Of a stretch of DNA of 64,000 nt, positions 1-8,279 are shown one piece after another. Numbering within the stretch: position 1 is the stretch's first letter; each line of letters begins with the position of its first letter. The DNA comes from a virus: IMG/VR virus record IMGVR_UViG_3300041809_000801, positions 24,935-88,934 of that record; one strand, given 5' to 3'. A model generated the notes under the pieces. It did no database searches. It was not told the DNA's origin and saw nothing but the letters and a program-made list of their open reading frames with translations. A program made the position numbers and the translations under genes.

Positions 1-1365
1 GATCATCTGACCTTGGACTTCAGCATCGCCGAATACCTGCTGTACTTCTTCGAGGTAAGTCTTGATGGGGCGGTTTTCTTGCCAACCATTACAAGTCGGG
101 CCGGAGCACTCGCCCCTGCCGCGATAACACATGACGTAAACGAAGCCACCCGGCTTGACAAGCCCCCTCACTTTTCGCATGACCTGTTTGCGAATCTCAG
201 GCTCCTTAATGACGTTCAACACATTAGCAATCGTTGCAGTGTCGGCTTTCCGCTTCTTCAACTTGTGCATGATGTCCTTGTTGTGCTCCGCCGCACGATT
301 ATATGGGTCAAACACGAGGTTGGTGACACCTTTGCCTTTTAAGAACTCAACCGCGTTATCGAATCGGCCACCGCCGTAATCAAGGTTCACCGTTTTCGGT
401 TGCCACTCTACGCGATTGAACACCGCAGGAAGCTGATTCACAGAAGTGCGCTCCGAGGTATACTCCTGCTTGGGTCTTTCAGCAGCGACGTGTTGCTCCA
501 CCGGAACGTACGCAAAATCAGGTGAAATGCGGATGATGTCCTTCTTCGGGGGCTCCTTGCCTTCAGGCACGAGCGACAACTCATACCACTCTGCCCCCAG
601 CACAACGGGGTCTGCTCCAGTGTTTCGAGCAACTTCCTGAGGAGTGTACCAACCCTGATATGCTCTCTTCTTTTTCTTGAGTTGCGATTCAAGGTATTCT
701 TTCTCTTCGGTGAGGTCATCCATCCAGAGTGGCTCCCCGAACTTCTCCATATACAACCTCAGATTGAGACTACTTGGAACGGCGTGCTGATTGATGAAGT
801 CAAGACGGGCTTGTATGTCTGCTCTCCGCTCGTCTGCCTTGCTGGGCTTGTCAGATTTCGGGCGTGGCGGACGCGGTTTGGACTCCTTCTTGGTGGGGTT
901 GACAAGGTTCTTCGTGAGACCAGCAAAAGTGTTGGGTGCCATGATTTCCCAACTCTCTTCAGGAGTCAGAATGTAGACATCCATGTCTTCAAACCCCATA
1001 CGGAGCCGCTTCTTCGCTCGATGGTTGCCGTCGATGAGGATGTAATTGGTTGATTGTTCAGGAAATGATTTTGACGGTTTGAAGGTGATGACGGCTACGA
1101 TACCCGGCTTGTTCTCATCTACCTCATCAACATGCTCCTTCTTCAACCCTACGTTGAGCATACTGAATGTCCCGGTCTCTTCTTCTCTCTTATCCTGCTC
1201 TATTGAACCAACAAAAGCTTCGAGGAATTTCTTGGGGGCCTTCTGTGATGGGCGTGGGTGGGCAGCGATTATTTGCTCCGCTTTCTCAATGTCGAACACC
1301 ATACCGACATAAGTGAAGAGTTCGCCCTCCCACGCTTTTTTGAGAAGCTTCGATGTGAAAGCCAT
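1..1365 (-). CDS. Multi-domain protein, ParB/Srx-like domain plus class I SAM-dependent methyltransferase domain (runs off left edge; not in ORF track)
   Basis: Manual translation from ATG 1365 is open for 455 codons to base 1: MAFTSKLLKKAWEG...YILIDGNHRAKKRL (ParB/Srx-like)...VNLDYGGGRFD...VFDPYNR...ANVLNVI...VKPGGFVYV (Rossmann MTase motifs). Confidence 0.8.
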   Translation of the reverse strand, partial: MAFTSKLLKKAWEGELFTYVGMVFDIEKAEQIIAAHPRPSQKAPKKFLEAFVGSIEQDKREEETGTFSMLNVGLKKEHVDEVDENKPGIVAVITFKPSKSFPEQSTNYILIDGNHRAKKRLRMGFEDMDVYILTPEESWEIMAPNTFAGLTKNLVNPTKKESKPRPPRPKSDKPSKADERRADIQARLDFINQHAVPSSLNLRLYMEKFGEPLWMDDLTEEKEYLESQLKKKKRAYQGWYTPQEVARNTGADPVVLGAEWYELSLVPEGKEPPKKDIIRISPDFAYVPVEQHVAAERPKQEYTSERTSVNQLPAVFNRVEWQPKTVNLDYGGGRFDNAVEFLKGKGVTNLVFDPYNRAAEHNKDIMHKLKKRKADTATIANVLNVIKEPEIRKQVMRKVRGLVKPGGFVYVMCYRGRGECSGPTCNGWQENRPIKTYLEEVQQVFGDAEVQGQMI

Positions 1366-1367
1366 GA

Positions 1368-1775
1368 TTACTTCCTCTCATAGTTGTGGTAGCCCACAAC
1401 CACCCCGCCAACATTCTTCAGTGCAAATTGTTTGACTCTATCCGCGTCAAAAGACTCACAAGAAAAAACGTTGATGAACACCTTATTGAGTTCGTCAATT
1501 GCATGGATAGTGATACTGCTGGAGTGCAAGAACTGAATACAGCTTATCCCGTCTATTTTGGGCTTCTCAGGATGAGCATGGAGGTCTTTCTTCTCCCCGC
1601 CCCATGTGTACATCGGTCCCCGAATCATGCCAATCTCATCGCATAAGGTCTCTGCGAACTGCCGCACCGTCTTCAGTTGAAAGAACTCGTCGGGGACATC
1701 GTGTATGTCCAGTACAGTTTCCTGTCCATAGTTTTCCTCGCGAACTTTCCTAAGCAACTTAGATTCAAACGGCAT
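1368..1775 (-). CDS. S-adenosylmethionine decarboxylase-like (pyruvoyl-dependent) proenzyme
   Basis: YGQETVLDIHD...GISCIQFLHSSSITIH...VFINVFSCESFD follows the SpeD/SpeH class 1b pattern; substrate uncertain. Confidence 0.8.
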   Translation of the reverse strand: MPFESKLLRKVREENYGQETVLDIHDVPDEFFQLKTVRQFAETLCDEIGMIRGPMYTWGGEKKDLHAHPEKPKIDGISCIQFLHSSSITIHAIDELNKVFINVFSCESFDADRVKQFALKNVGGVVVGYHNYERK

Positions 1776-1777
1776 AT

Positions 1778-4420
1778 CTATATCTCTTTGTACCCAGTGG
1801 TGTTGTCGCCGACATACACACGAGGAGTTTTGACTTCAGGAAGTTGTTCATGTAGTGCTGGCTTCACTCCCCCCCCCCTAACCACAGGTGCCTCGACCTG
1901 CAAAGGAAAATCCAAAGCTGGCTTAACCACGTTAGCCGGTGCTTGCTCTACGATTGCTGGTGGAGGAGGGGTGGGTGGAAGTGCTGCTGCCATCTTATTT
2001 CCTTTCGCCACATACTGCTTGCATGTGTCAGGGTGATTTTTGCATTCGTAGTAATCCTCGCCACCATCTTCATACGAAACCCGGTGGTCGCCCTTGTCGC
2101 AGCCACAGTTAGCACACCTGTAGGCATCATTCACTGTAGCCACGGAAGCCTTGGCTTTTTCATCGTAAGGAATGACATGCACCCCTTCACAAATGAACTG
2201 CCCGACCGGCGTATCAAAAATGTCACCCTCTTTAAGGTGGTCATTGATTTGGAATTCGTCATAGAGCGATGAGTAAAGCCCCGCCGTCAATCCAACTGCA
2301 TTGGCAGTGGAGTAGTTCATGCCGGGAATGATGAAGGTGTCTGGTACTTCCTTGACAACACCTTGCTCATCGGTGGAGGCGCTCCAGTCCCTGCTTGGAA
2401 GCCCTTTGATGTACCACTCACCGCCCTCCTTAACGACTGAATAGACGGCTGCGGTTTTCACAGCAGCTTCCTTATCAAACACTGGCTCCCACTTTCGTTC
2501 ATCGCTAACGCGATTTTCCACTTCATCTGCCGCTCTTGGCTCTCGTTCATTTAGCAACACATTACTGCCGTCATTCTCCTTACGGAACTTCTCAGCATCC
2601 TCAGGTGAAAAGAAGGACTTTTTGGAGGTTGGGTTATTGATCCCGTCTACAATGCCGTGATCCCAATTCTTGCCGCACTCTTCGCACTTGGCGGTTTCAA
2701 AGTCAGTCGGCATGAGCGCATACTTGGTCGAGCCACAGTGAGGGCACTTGGGTTTTTCTGAACTCAGTTTTGGTTTTCCACTGGATGCAAATGAACCCGT
2801 TTCGTGGCATCCACAATGGACACGACGAGCGTGGCTCAACGCGCTTCTGATATGACCGACACTCTCCTGCCAAAACGGTTTGTTTAAGCACCCTTGAGCA
2901 GATTCCGCCTTAGAACATTTTCCAAGGAACGTGCCCTTTGCATCTTGACGAAGCTTATTCAAGAACTTTTGAGCGTCATCCAAGGAGTTGATAGAGTTAA
3001 GAACAAACCCCTCGAAGTGAGCATCTCTAGCATAATCATGCTCACTTAACACACCAGCGGCACGCAATGTTTGTTCGACAGTCGCCAAATTGGATTGCGG
3101 TGGGATCGGGGGAACTTGAGATGCGGACTTACTACCCCTAATCCCATTGTCCCTTAAAAATTTGCTGTCGAACTTCTTTACATCCTTTTTACGCTGCTTC
3201 ACTTCAGAAACATCGGCGTCAGGTGCGATACCTATGCTGCGAAGTTCACTATTGTCCTCCGACGTGAATTCCATACCAGCGTCTTCCCGCTCTTCAGCCA
3301 TGAGGTCTTCATCATGGTCAACCATGTTCTCGGGAACACCATACTCTTGTGCCATCTCCTTGGCTGTGGTCTCTGCAAACCCCAGTAGACGCTTATACTC
3401 GATAGCGTCGTTGTCGGTGCGGTTGAATTGACTCGTAGAATCGAAGGGTGAGTTACCGCCGTTGTACTCATCAATGGTGCTGTTACCCCGCATGACACGA
3501 ACCGTGTAGCTCTCTGGACCGGCATCATAGAGAACGTGAGTAGCCTTCGCGGCTTTCTTTGCGAGACTCCCCATCTTGTCCAATGTGCGGTTACTAACTA
3601 CTACTACCTTGGCAATCTCCTTCACCGCAGCCTCATGAGCCGAGGCACGCTTTGGAACATGGCGGCGGTTCAGCGTACAGTTGATACGCACCACTGTGTC
3701 CTTAAGATAGTTAATCGCGGCGACGTTGGCATTCTTGGTAAAGCTGTAACGATTCGCGGAGAATTCAAGCATCCCAGCACGAATGGCTTTATCCCATATC
3801 GGCTGAAGAGAGGCTTCAACGCCGAGGCCGTGAAGAGAAATTTTATCACCCTCACTGAACTCTGGAGTCTTACGAATTTTCTTATCGCGTGGAGTCTTAA
3901 AGATGTCACCCAAGGTTCTCTTTCTTGGCTTGGGTTTGTTGGGAAGAACCGAGAGAGCCGCCTCGACCGCGCCATTCTCATCATCGTGAAAGAAGGCATT
4001 AGACTCGTTATGCGTTGCTTCATTCCACACCGTCGCCATACCTCCCTCTTCCACGGTGATGAAGAGGCGACCTTGGTCAGTGTCAATGTAGGGACCTTGG
4101 TATTGATCGAAGGGCTCGACAGTCCCACCTACAGCGTCGGCGATTGCAAAATGGATTGGGTACGCTTCACGAGTGACTTCCGAACGAGACATCTCACCCG
4201 TGGCAAGCTTGGAACGACGCTGACCCGTTTTCACAGAGCCAAAAATAACCTTCTTGGCATATTCACGCATCTCGGGAGGGAAGTCTTTTCCATCCTCAAA
4301 GAGTCCACCCCGATACTTGTTGAGGTAGACTTTGGACATGCTATTTCTCAGCTTTGAATCCCACCAATCCGCATCGGGATAGGAAAAGCGATTTGCACTT
4401 TTGAAAAGTGGATTTTTCAT
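1778..4420 (-). CDS. Large multi-domain hypothetical protein, possibly an internal head or ejected protein
   Basis: Start taken at MKNPLF (ATG 4420, AAGGG upstream); patchwork of domains with CxxC zinc ribbons (CPHC..CEEC, CANCGC) and K/A-rich linkers. Confidence 0.65.
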   Translation of the reverse strand: MKNPLFKSANRFSYPDADWWDSKLRNSMSKVYLNKYRGGLFEDGKDFPPEMREYAKKVIFGSVKTGQRRSKLATGEMSRSEVTREAYPIHFAIADAVGGTVEPFDQYQGPYIDTDQGRLFITVEEGGMATVWNEATHNESNAFFHDDENGAVEAALSVLPNKPKPRKRTLGDIFKTPRDKKIRKTPEFSEGDKISLHGLGVEASLQPIWDKAIRAGMLEFSANRYSFTKNANVAAINYLKDTVVRINCTLNRRHVPKRASAHEAAVKEIAKVVVVSNRTLDKMGSLAKKAAKATHVLYDAGPESYTVRVMRGNSTIDEYNGGNSPFDSTSQFNRTDNDAIEYKRLLGFAETTAKEMAQEYGVPENMVDHDEDLMAEEREDAGMEFTSEDNSELRSIGIAPDADVSEVKQRKKDVKKFDSKFLRDNGIRGSKSASQVPPIPPQSNLATVEQTLRAAGVLSEHDYARDAHFEGFVLNSINSLDDAQKFLNKLRQDAKGTFLGKCSKAESAQGCLNKPFWQESVGHIRSALSHARRVHCGCHETGSFASSGKPKLSSEKPKCPHCGSTKYALMPTDFETAKCEECGKNWDHGIVDGINNPTSKKSFFSPEDAEKFRKENDGSNVLLNEREPRAADEVENRVSDERKWEPVFDKEAAVKTAAVYSVVKEGGEWYIKGLPSRDWSASTDEQGVVKEVPDTFIIPGMNYSTANAVGLTAGLYSSLYDEFQINDHLKEGDIFDTPVGQFICEGVHVIPYDEKAKASVATVNDAYRCANCGCDKGDHRVSYEDGGEDYYECKNHPDTCKQYVAKGNKMAAALPPTPPPPAIVEQAPANVVKPALDFPLQVEAPVVRGGGVKPALHEQLPEVKTPRVYVGDNTTGYKEI

Positions 4421-4431
4421 TTTTACCCTTC

Positions 4432-5034
4432 TTACCCGACATACCAATTCACACCATCACTCCATACAGGCATAATGTAACTCCCGCCGCCTGTATAGAC
4501 AGCGCCAAATGTGTTAGCTGTCGCATCAAGTACAAGTGCTCTTTCTCCAATTGCAGGGGGCGGAATCGGCGAGGGAGGGCTTCCAATGCTGCTGTAAATT
4601 TGACTGGTGCCGATTCCCGCCAGAATATTCCACTTGGAGAGATTGGAATCCGGGGGCACATCAATGACACCGCTGGAGATGCAGATGTAAGAATTGCCAT
4701 CGACGTAAGATACGCAATCGTAGGCATTGTAGGTGACGGTGGAGAGCCACGCATTACGCCACGTGAATCCCTGTCCGGTCGCCCCCGGTACTCCGGGGTT
4801 GCCTTGAACTCCGGGGTCTCCCTGAACTCCGGGATTGCCCGGAATCCCTTGTTCACCCTGAGGGCCGGGAGAACCAACTGCAAATGTATCCCAAATTGTT
4901 CCGATGTTAGCCTGTATCGGGGCTTGGTTGGTGTTAATGTCCAACGCGACATACGAAACTGTAAGGTAAAAAACTACATCGTCAATTTGATAAGTGGCAC
5001 CCGCATTCCACGGTCCACGCCAGTTCAATGCCAT
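4432..5034 (-). CDS. Collagen-repeat virion/fibre protein with carbohydrate-binding-like repeats
   Basis: G-X-Y run (GSPGPQGEQGIPGNPGVQGDPGVQGNPGVPG) flanked by two W-x5-Y...D-x-V-x-Y modules; start MALNWRG at 5034 with GGGGG RBS. Confidence 0.75.
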   Translation of the reverse strand: MALNWRGPWNAGATYQIDDVVFYLTVSYVALDINTNQAPIQANIGTIWDTFAVGSPGPQGEQGIPGNPGVQGDPGVQGNPGVPGATGQGFTWRNAWLSTVTYNAYDCVSYVDGNSYICISSGVIDVPPDSNLSKWNILAGIGTSQIYSSIGSPPSPIPPPAIGERALVLDATANTFGAVYTGGGSYIMPVWSDGVNWYVG

Positions 5035-5146
5035 AGCAGGAATCCCCCTATTAGTAGGTGTCAATAGTTCAGTTTAGGGGTATTTTTGAGGAATTTTTTG
5101 TTGGTTGGGGGACTTCTGAATCCAGTGTTAGGTAGGAGAATAAACT

Positions 5147-5341
5147 ATGCTGCATCTCATCATTTCATTGATTGTGATTGGAATTCTGCTTTGGCTCGTC
5201 AACACGTACATCCCAATGGACGCCAAGATTAAGAACATACTGAATATCGTGGTGGTAATCGCGGTAGTTCTGTGGTTGCTAAGTGCCTTTGGCGTGCTCG
5301 ACATTAGCTCCGTAACCCATCATCCACTCTTCCACAACTGA
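5147..5341 (+). CDS. Thivi_2564-family small membrane protein
   Basis: LLWLVNTYIPMDAKIKNILNIVVVIAVVLWLL signature; AGGAG RBS. Confidence 0.85.
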   Translation: MLHLIISLIVIGILLWLVNTYIPMDAKIKNILNIVVVIAVVLWLLSAFGVLDISSVTHHPLFHN

Positions 5342-5343
5342 CT

Positions 5344-5829
5344 TCAAGCCTGAAGATGCGCCTGAAGGAACCACAAGTCCTTGTCCGCTTCTCGGACGAG
5401 TTCGATGAAAATATCACCAGAAGCTTGGTCGCCGAGATTGATACAGTCGTCAATGTTCCGACGCATGGCATTTGCTGCTTGAGCGAGGCGCGTGGAAAGA
5501 GCAAGAACGTGGTCGGAGCCCCTGACAGCTTCCATCGGGTACTCGGGGATAGACGACCTCGCGGCTGTTTGCCGTGCCGTGCCTTCAGCAACCCCGCCCA
5601 AAGCAGTTACACGTTCGGCGAGTAGGTCGGATGCACTTTCAAGATGTCCCGCCACAGAGTCGAACAGAAGATGAAGTTCATAGAAGGCCATGCCTTTGAC
5701 GTTCCAATGGGCTTGCTTCGCCTGAGTCTTCAGGTCGATTGAATCCGCCAGACGAGCATTGAGAATTTGGATTATCTGTACCCGCTTATCCTCGGGGATG
5801 CTCACTGAAGTTGGAAACATACTTGCCAT
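5344..5829 (-). CDS. dps: DNA starvation/stationary-phase protection protein Dps (mini-ferritin)
   Basis: KQAHWNVKG..F..LHLLFD...D.LAERVTALGG...DKDLWFLQAH ferroxidase motifs. Confidence 0.95.
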   Translation of the reverse strand: MASMFPTSVSIPEDKRVQIIQILNARLADSIDLKTQAKQAHWNVKGMAFYELHLLFDSVAGHLESASDLLAERVTALGGVAEGTARQTAARSSIPEYPMEAVRGSDHVLALSTRLAQAANAMRRNIDDCINLGDQASGDIFIELVREADKDLWFLQAHLQA

Positions 5830-5845
5830 GGGGAACAGCCTCTAT

Positions 5846-6328
5846 TTAGGTGATTCGAATTTGGTAATTCGGAGTAGTGCGGGTGAGTCCGGGGAATCCG
5901 CTAAAAAGAGGACAAGTAAGGTCAAAACTCCCGGCAAACTGAAGCCAGAACCCTCTCAAAGGGTCGTACCCGGAGTTGAGCAGGGTCATGATGCCGAAAG
6001 CTACTGGGGGCGGTGTCTGCGGAACTGGAATGAGATAGATGCGAGAACTTTGAAGGAGTGGGTTAGGCGGCGGGGCGCTTAATTGGTCCCACTCGTAGGG
6101 CTTGTTATAGAACTGCTTACAGAAAAAGGCGAAGGAATCCTGCACAGTAAGTTGACCCACATCATAATGAATCATGTACAGGGTTTGACCGTAACACGTA
6201 TAAGTTGAAGTGTCAGCCCGAATGAAATTGACAGCCAACAACGCCCGGAGCCCCATATCAATGCCACCGTTGCCCAAATTCTCCGGTGGGGCGAGACGGA
6301 CTGCCAAAATGTTTGCGGGTTGTCCCAC
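5846..6328 (-). CDS. Hypothetical protein (possibly virion)
   Basis: GTG start at 6328 overlaps the upstream TAG (TAGTG), with GAGGG RBS; 160 aa. Confidence 0.6.
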   Translation of the reverse strand: MGQPANILAVRLAPPENLGNGGIDMGLRALLAVNFIRADTSTYTCYGQTLYMIHYDVGQLTVQDSFAFFCKQFYNKPYEWDQLSAPPPNPLLQSSRIYLIPVPQTPPPVAFGIMTLLNSGYDPLRGFWLQFAGSFDLTCPLFSGFPGLTRTTPNYQIRIT

Positions 6329-6597
6329 TAATCCCTCACTTCTGGAAGTTCTGGAGGAGGAATTTTTAGCCACCAACCGCCAATATCTTCACACCAGCGA
6401 CACCACAAACTGTGTTGTTGGGGGTCGCCACTCGCTCTCTCATAACTCTGAACAAAACACCGACCACCAGCAGTTCCACTCACCATAACCGAATAAATAA
6501 ACGGGGCGTCATCGAGGTTACCATTCCAATGCCAGTACCACGCTTGCTCAGTTGGGGGCTCTTGTGTCCAGTTTACTCGTTTGTTTTTGCGTTTCAT
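6328..6597 (-). CDS. Hypothetical phage protein
   Basis: 89 aa, AGGA RBS, WTQEPPTEQAWYW-type motif, packed in operon. Confidence 0.6.
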   Translation of the reverse strand: MKRKNKRVNWTQEPPTEQAWYWHWNGNLDDAPFIYSVMVSGTAGGRCFVQSYERASGDPQQHSLWCRWCEDIGGWWLKIPPPELPEVRD

Positions 6598-6604
6598 ATC
6601 ATTC

Positions 6605-7345
6605 CTACCTAGAATTCAATACTCGTAAATTATCCAAAGCAAGTTCTTTTGCTAAGCACCCACAACTTTTCTTATGCCCGGTACGAAGGAGAGTTGTGGT
6701 TGCTATAGTTGTACCACCACAAGAGCACTGACAATTCCACTGAATCAATCCACGTTTATTACGACCCACTTCAGATTCAACAGTGAGACGTTCAAAAATT
6801 TGACCAACAAGAGAGTGAGTGCTCCAGCGTTTGGCGGAACTCTTCTTGAAGGCTTCACTGATAGCTGTGTGCCCTGCGGGGGACATCCTGTGCTTCATGC
6901 CGGTGTGGGTTACAGCGGCCCTCTTACGACGTTCAGCACCGTGCTCAGCTTCAAACTTACGGTAGCCTTTGAGACGATGGATTTCGTCTTGGTTAGCTCG
7001 TGCCCTTCTCAGCTTATCTTGTATTTCAGCAGTGGGTGTAACCCCGCGACCCCCAGCACATAGGTTGTACCCATGTTTCTGCGCTCCCAACATTTCTACC
7101 AACAGTTTCTCTAACTCGAACAGTTTTTCGTCAGATTGGACATTAGAGATGAGAGGGTAGATTGAAAATTTATCCCACCCATATTTTCGCACTGCATTGT
7201 ACAAATAGGGCTTAGCAGTGCTAGGTTTGTCGCTTCTAAAAATACTGCGCTTTTGTAGCCGCCAGTATTGCTGCAAATCTCGGTTACGAGTTTTCCCGAT
7301 GTAATACTTACCATTGACTTGGTTAACTATGACGTAGACAAACAT
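6605..7345 (-). CDS. GIY-YIG homing endonuclease with C-terminal Cys-rich DNA-binding module
   Basis: FVYVIVNQVNGKYYIGKT...GYNL..GG; C-terminal GQIFERLTV..WNCQCSCG..KKSCGC. Confidence 0.9.
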   Translation of the reverse strand: MFVYVIVNQVNGKYYIGKTRNRDLQQYWRLQKRSIFRSDKPSTAKPYLYNAVRKYGWDKFSIYPLISNVQSDEKLFELEKLLVEMLGAQKHGYNLCAGGRGVTPTAEIQDKLRRARANQDEIHRLKGYRKFEAEHGAERRKRAAVTHTGMKHRMSPAGHTAISEAFKKSSAKRWSTHSLVGQIFERLTVESEVGRNKRGLIQWNCQCSCGGTTIATTTLLRTGHKKSCGCLAKELALDNLRVLNSR

Positions 7346-7406
7346 AATGGGCTCCTACTTAAGAAGCCCATATTTTATTTTGTATGTAAGTTGTTGAAAA
7401 CAAAGG

Positions 7407-8045
7407 TCAAAAACTTAAGACCCAACTGAATATGATGTTCACGCCGGGTGGGAGCAATAAGGGGGGTAGAGTTTTGTAGTTGATGAGCGTAATTGTGCTT
7501 TGTGCGGCGGACACGCTCGGATAGTTCGAAATGTTGCCAGTGAAATAGGGAGCAGTCTGCATGTTAGTTACAGGCGAGGTTGTGTTTGTGCCACCACCGA
7601 TGAGACCCATTTCACGGATGCTCTGTGTGATGTTATCCGTCGTTGCATTTACGACGCACTCAAAGTCAACGTAGGTCGAGAGTGTATTGACAGAAGTCCA
7701 CCCTCCACTATTGTTCGGCTGCACAAAGTTGATTGCAGAGAGCGGCTTGCGGAGGAACTCTTGAACGAGAGCAGTCTGAACCGGGGTTTCCTGCGGCTGC
7801 GTCTCAGGAGCCCACGTAGGCGAACCTGCGCCAAGAGCAAGACCCCACACAGAGTACAAGGGCTCATGACCGAGAGGGTAAGGAACGGAGGCGTCTGTGG
7901 GATTGGCGTTCGCCATCAACCGGGCGAACAACCACTTCACCACGTTCACGATGACGTTGTGCTTGGAGTATAGTACCTCTCCGGTATCCTCCCGCATGAT
8001 GCGGATGTTACAGGTCGGGTAGTGCTTGGAGAAGTCTTCAATCAT
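7407..8045 (-). CDS. Baseplate/tail fibre-attachment protein
   Basis: HNVIVN...LALGAG...IREMGLIGG...FSWVLSF pattern typical of baseplate/tail fibre N-terminal proteins; ATG 8045 with GAGGG. Confidence 0.65.
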   Translation of the reverse strand: MIEDFSKHYPTCNIRIMREDTGEVLYSKHNVIVNVVKWLFARLMANANPTDASVPYPLGHEPLYSVWGLALGAGSPTWAPETQPQETPVQTALVQEFLRKPLSAINFVQPNNSGGWTSVNTLSTYVDFECVVNATTDNITQSIREMGLIGGGTNTTSPVTNMQTAPYFTGNISNYPSVSAAQSTITLINYKTLPPLLLPPGVNIIFSWVLSF

Positions 8046-8055
8046 ATTCTGCCCT

Positions 8056-8277
8056 CTAGTTAATGTCCACGATAGTTCCAACACGCGATTTTGTTGGTAA
8101 ATCGCTGAGATTCCTCAATGTGGTGAACACCCGATTCACCCGAAAGTATGGAGTCTCTTCACGAATTCTGATTCCATGACCGGCCTTAAGCTTTGGTTGA
8201 GTGTTCAAATTGTTGTAAAGCCAGTAGACAAGGGGTTCGTCATTGCGTATAGAGACAAGTTCAACTTGGGTATACAT
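8056..8277 (-). CDS. Hypothetical protein
   Basis: 73 aa, GGAGG RBS, tightly packed in operon. Confidence 0.65.
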   Translation of the reverse strand: MYTQVELVSIRNDEPLVYWLYNNLNTQPKLKAGHGIRIREETPYFRVNRVFTTLRNLSDLPTKSRVGTIVDIN

Positions 8278-8279
8278 AG

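Noticed and set aside
13-4357. Plus-strand ORFs such as 13-342, 682-1053 and 3536-4357 (and similar ones across the structural region)
   Set aside because: Antisense shadows of long minus-strand genes that have recognisable motifs.
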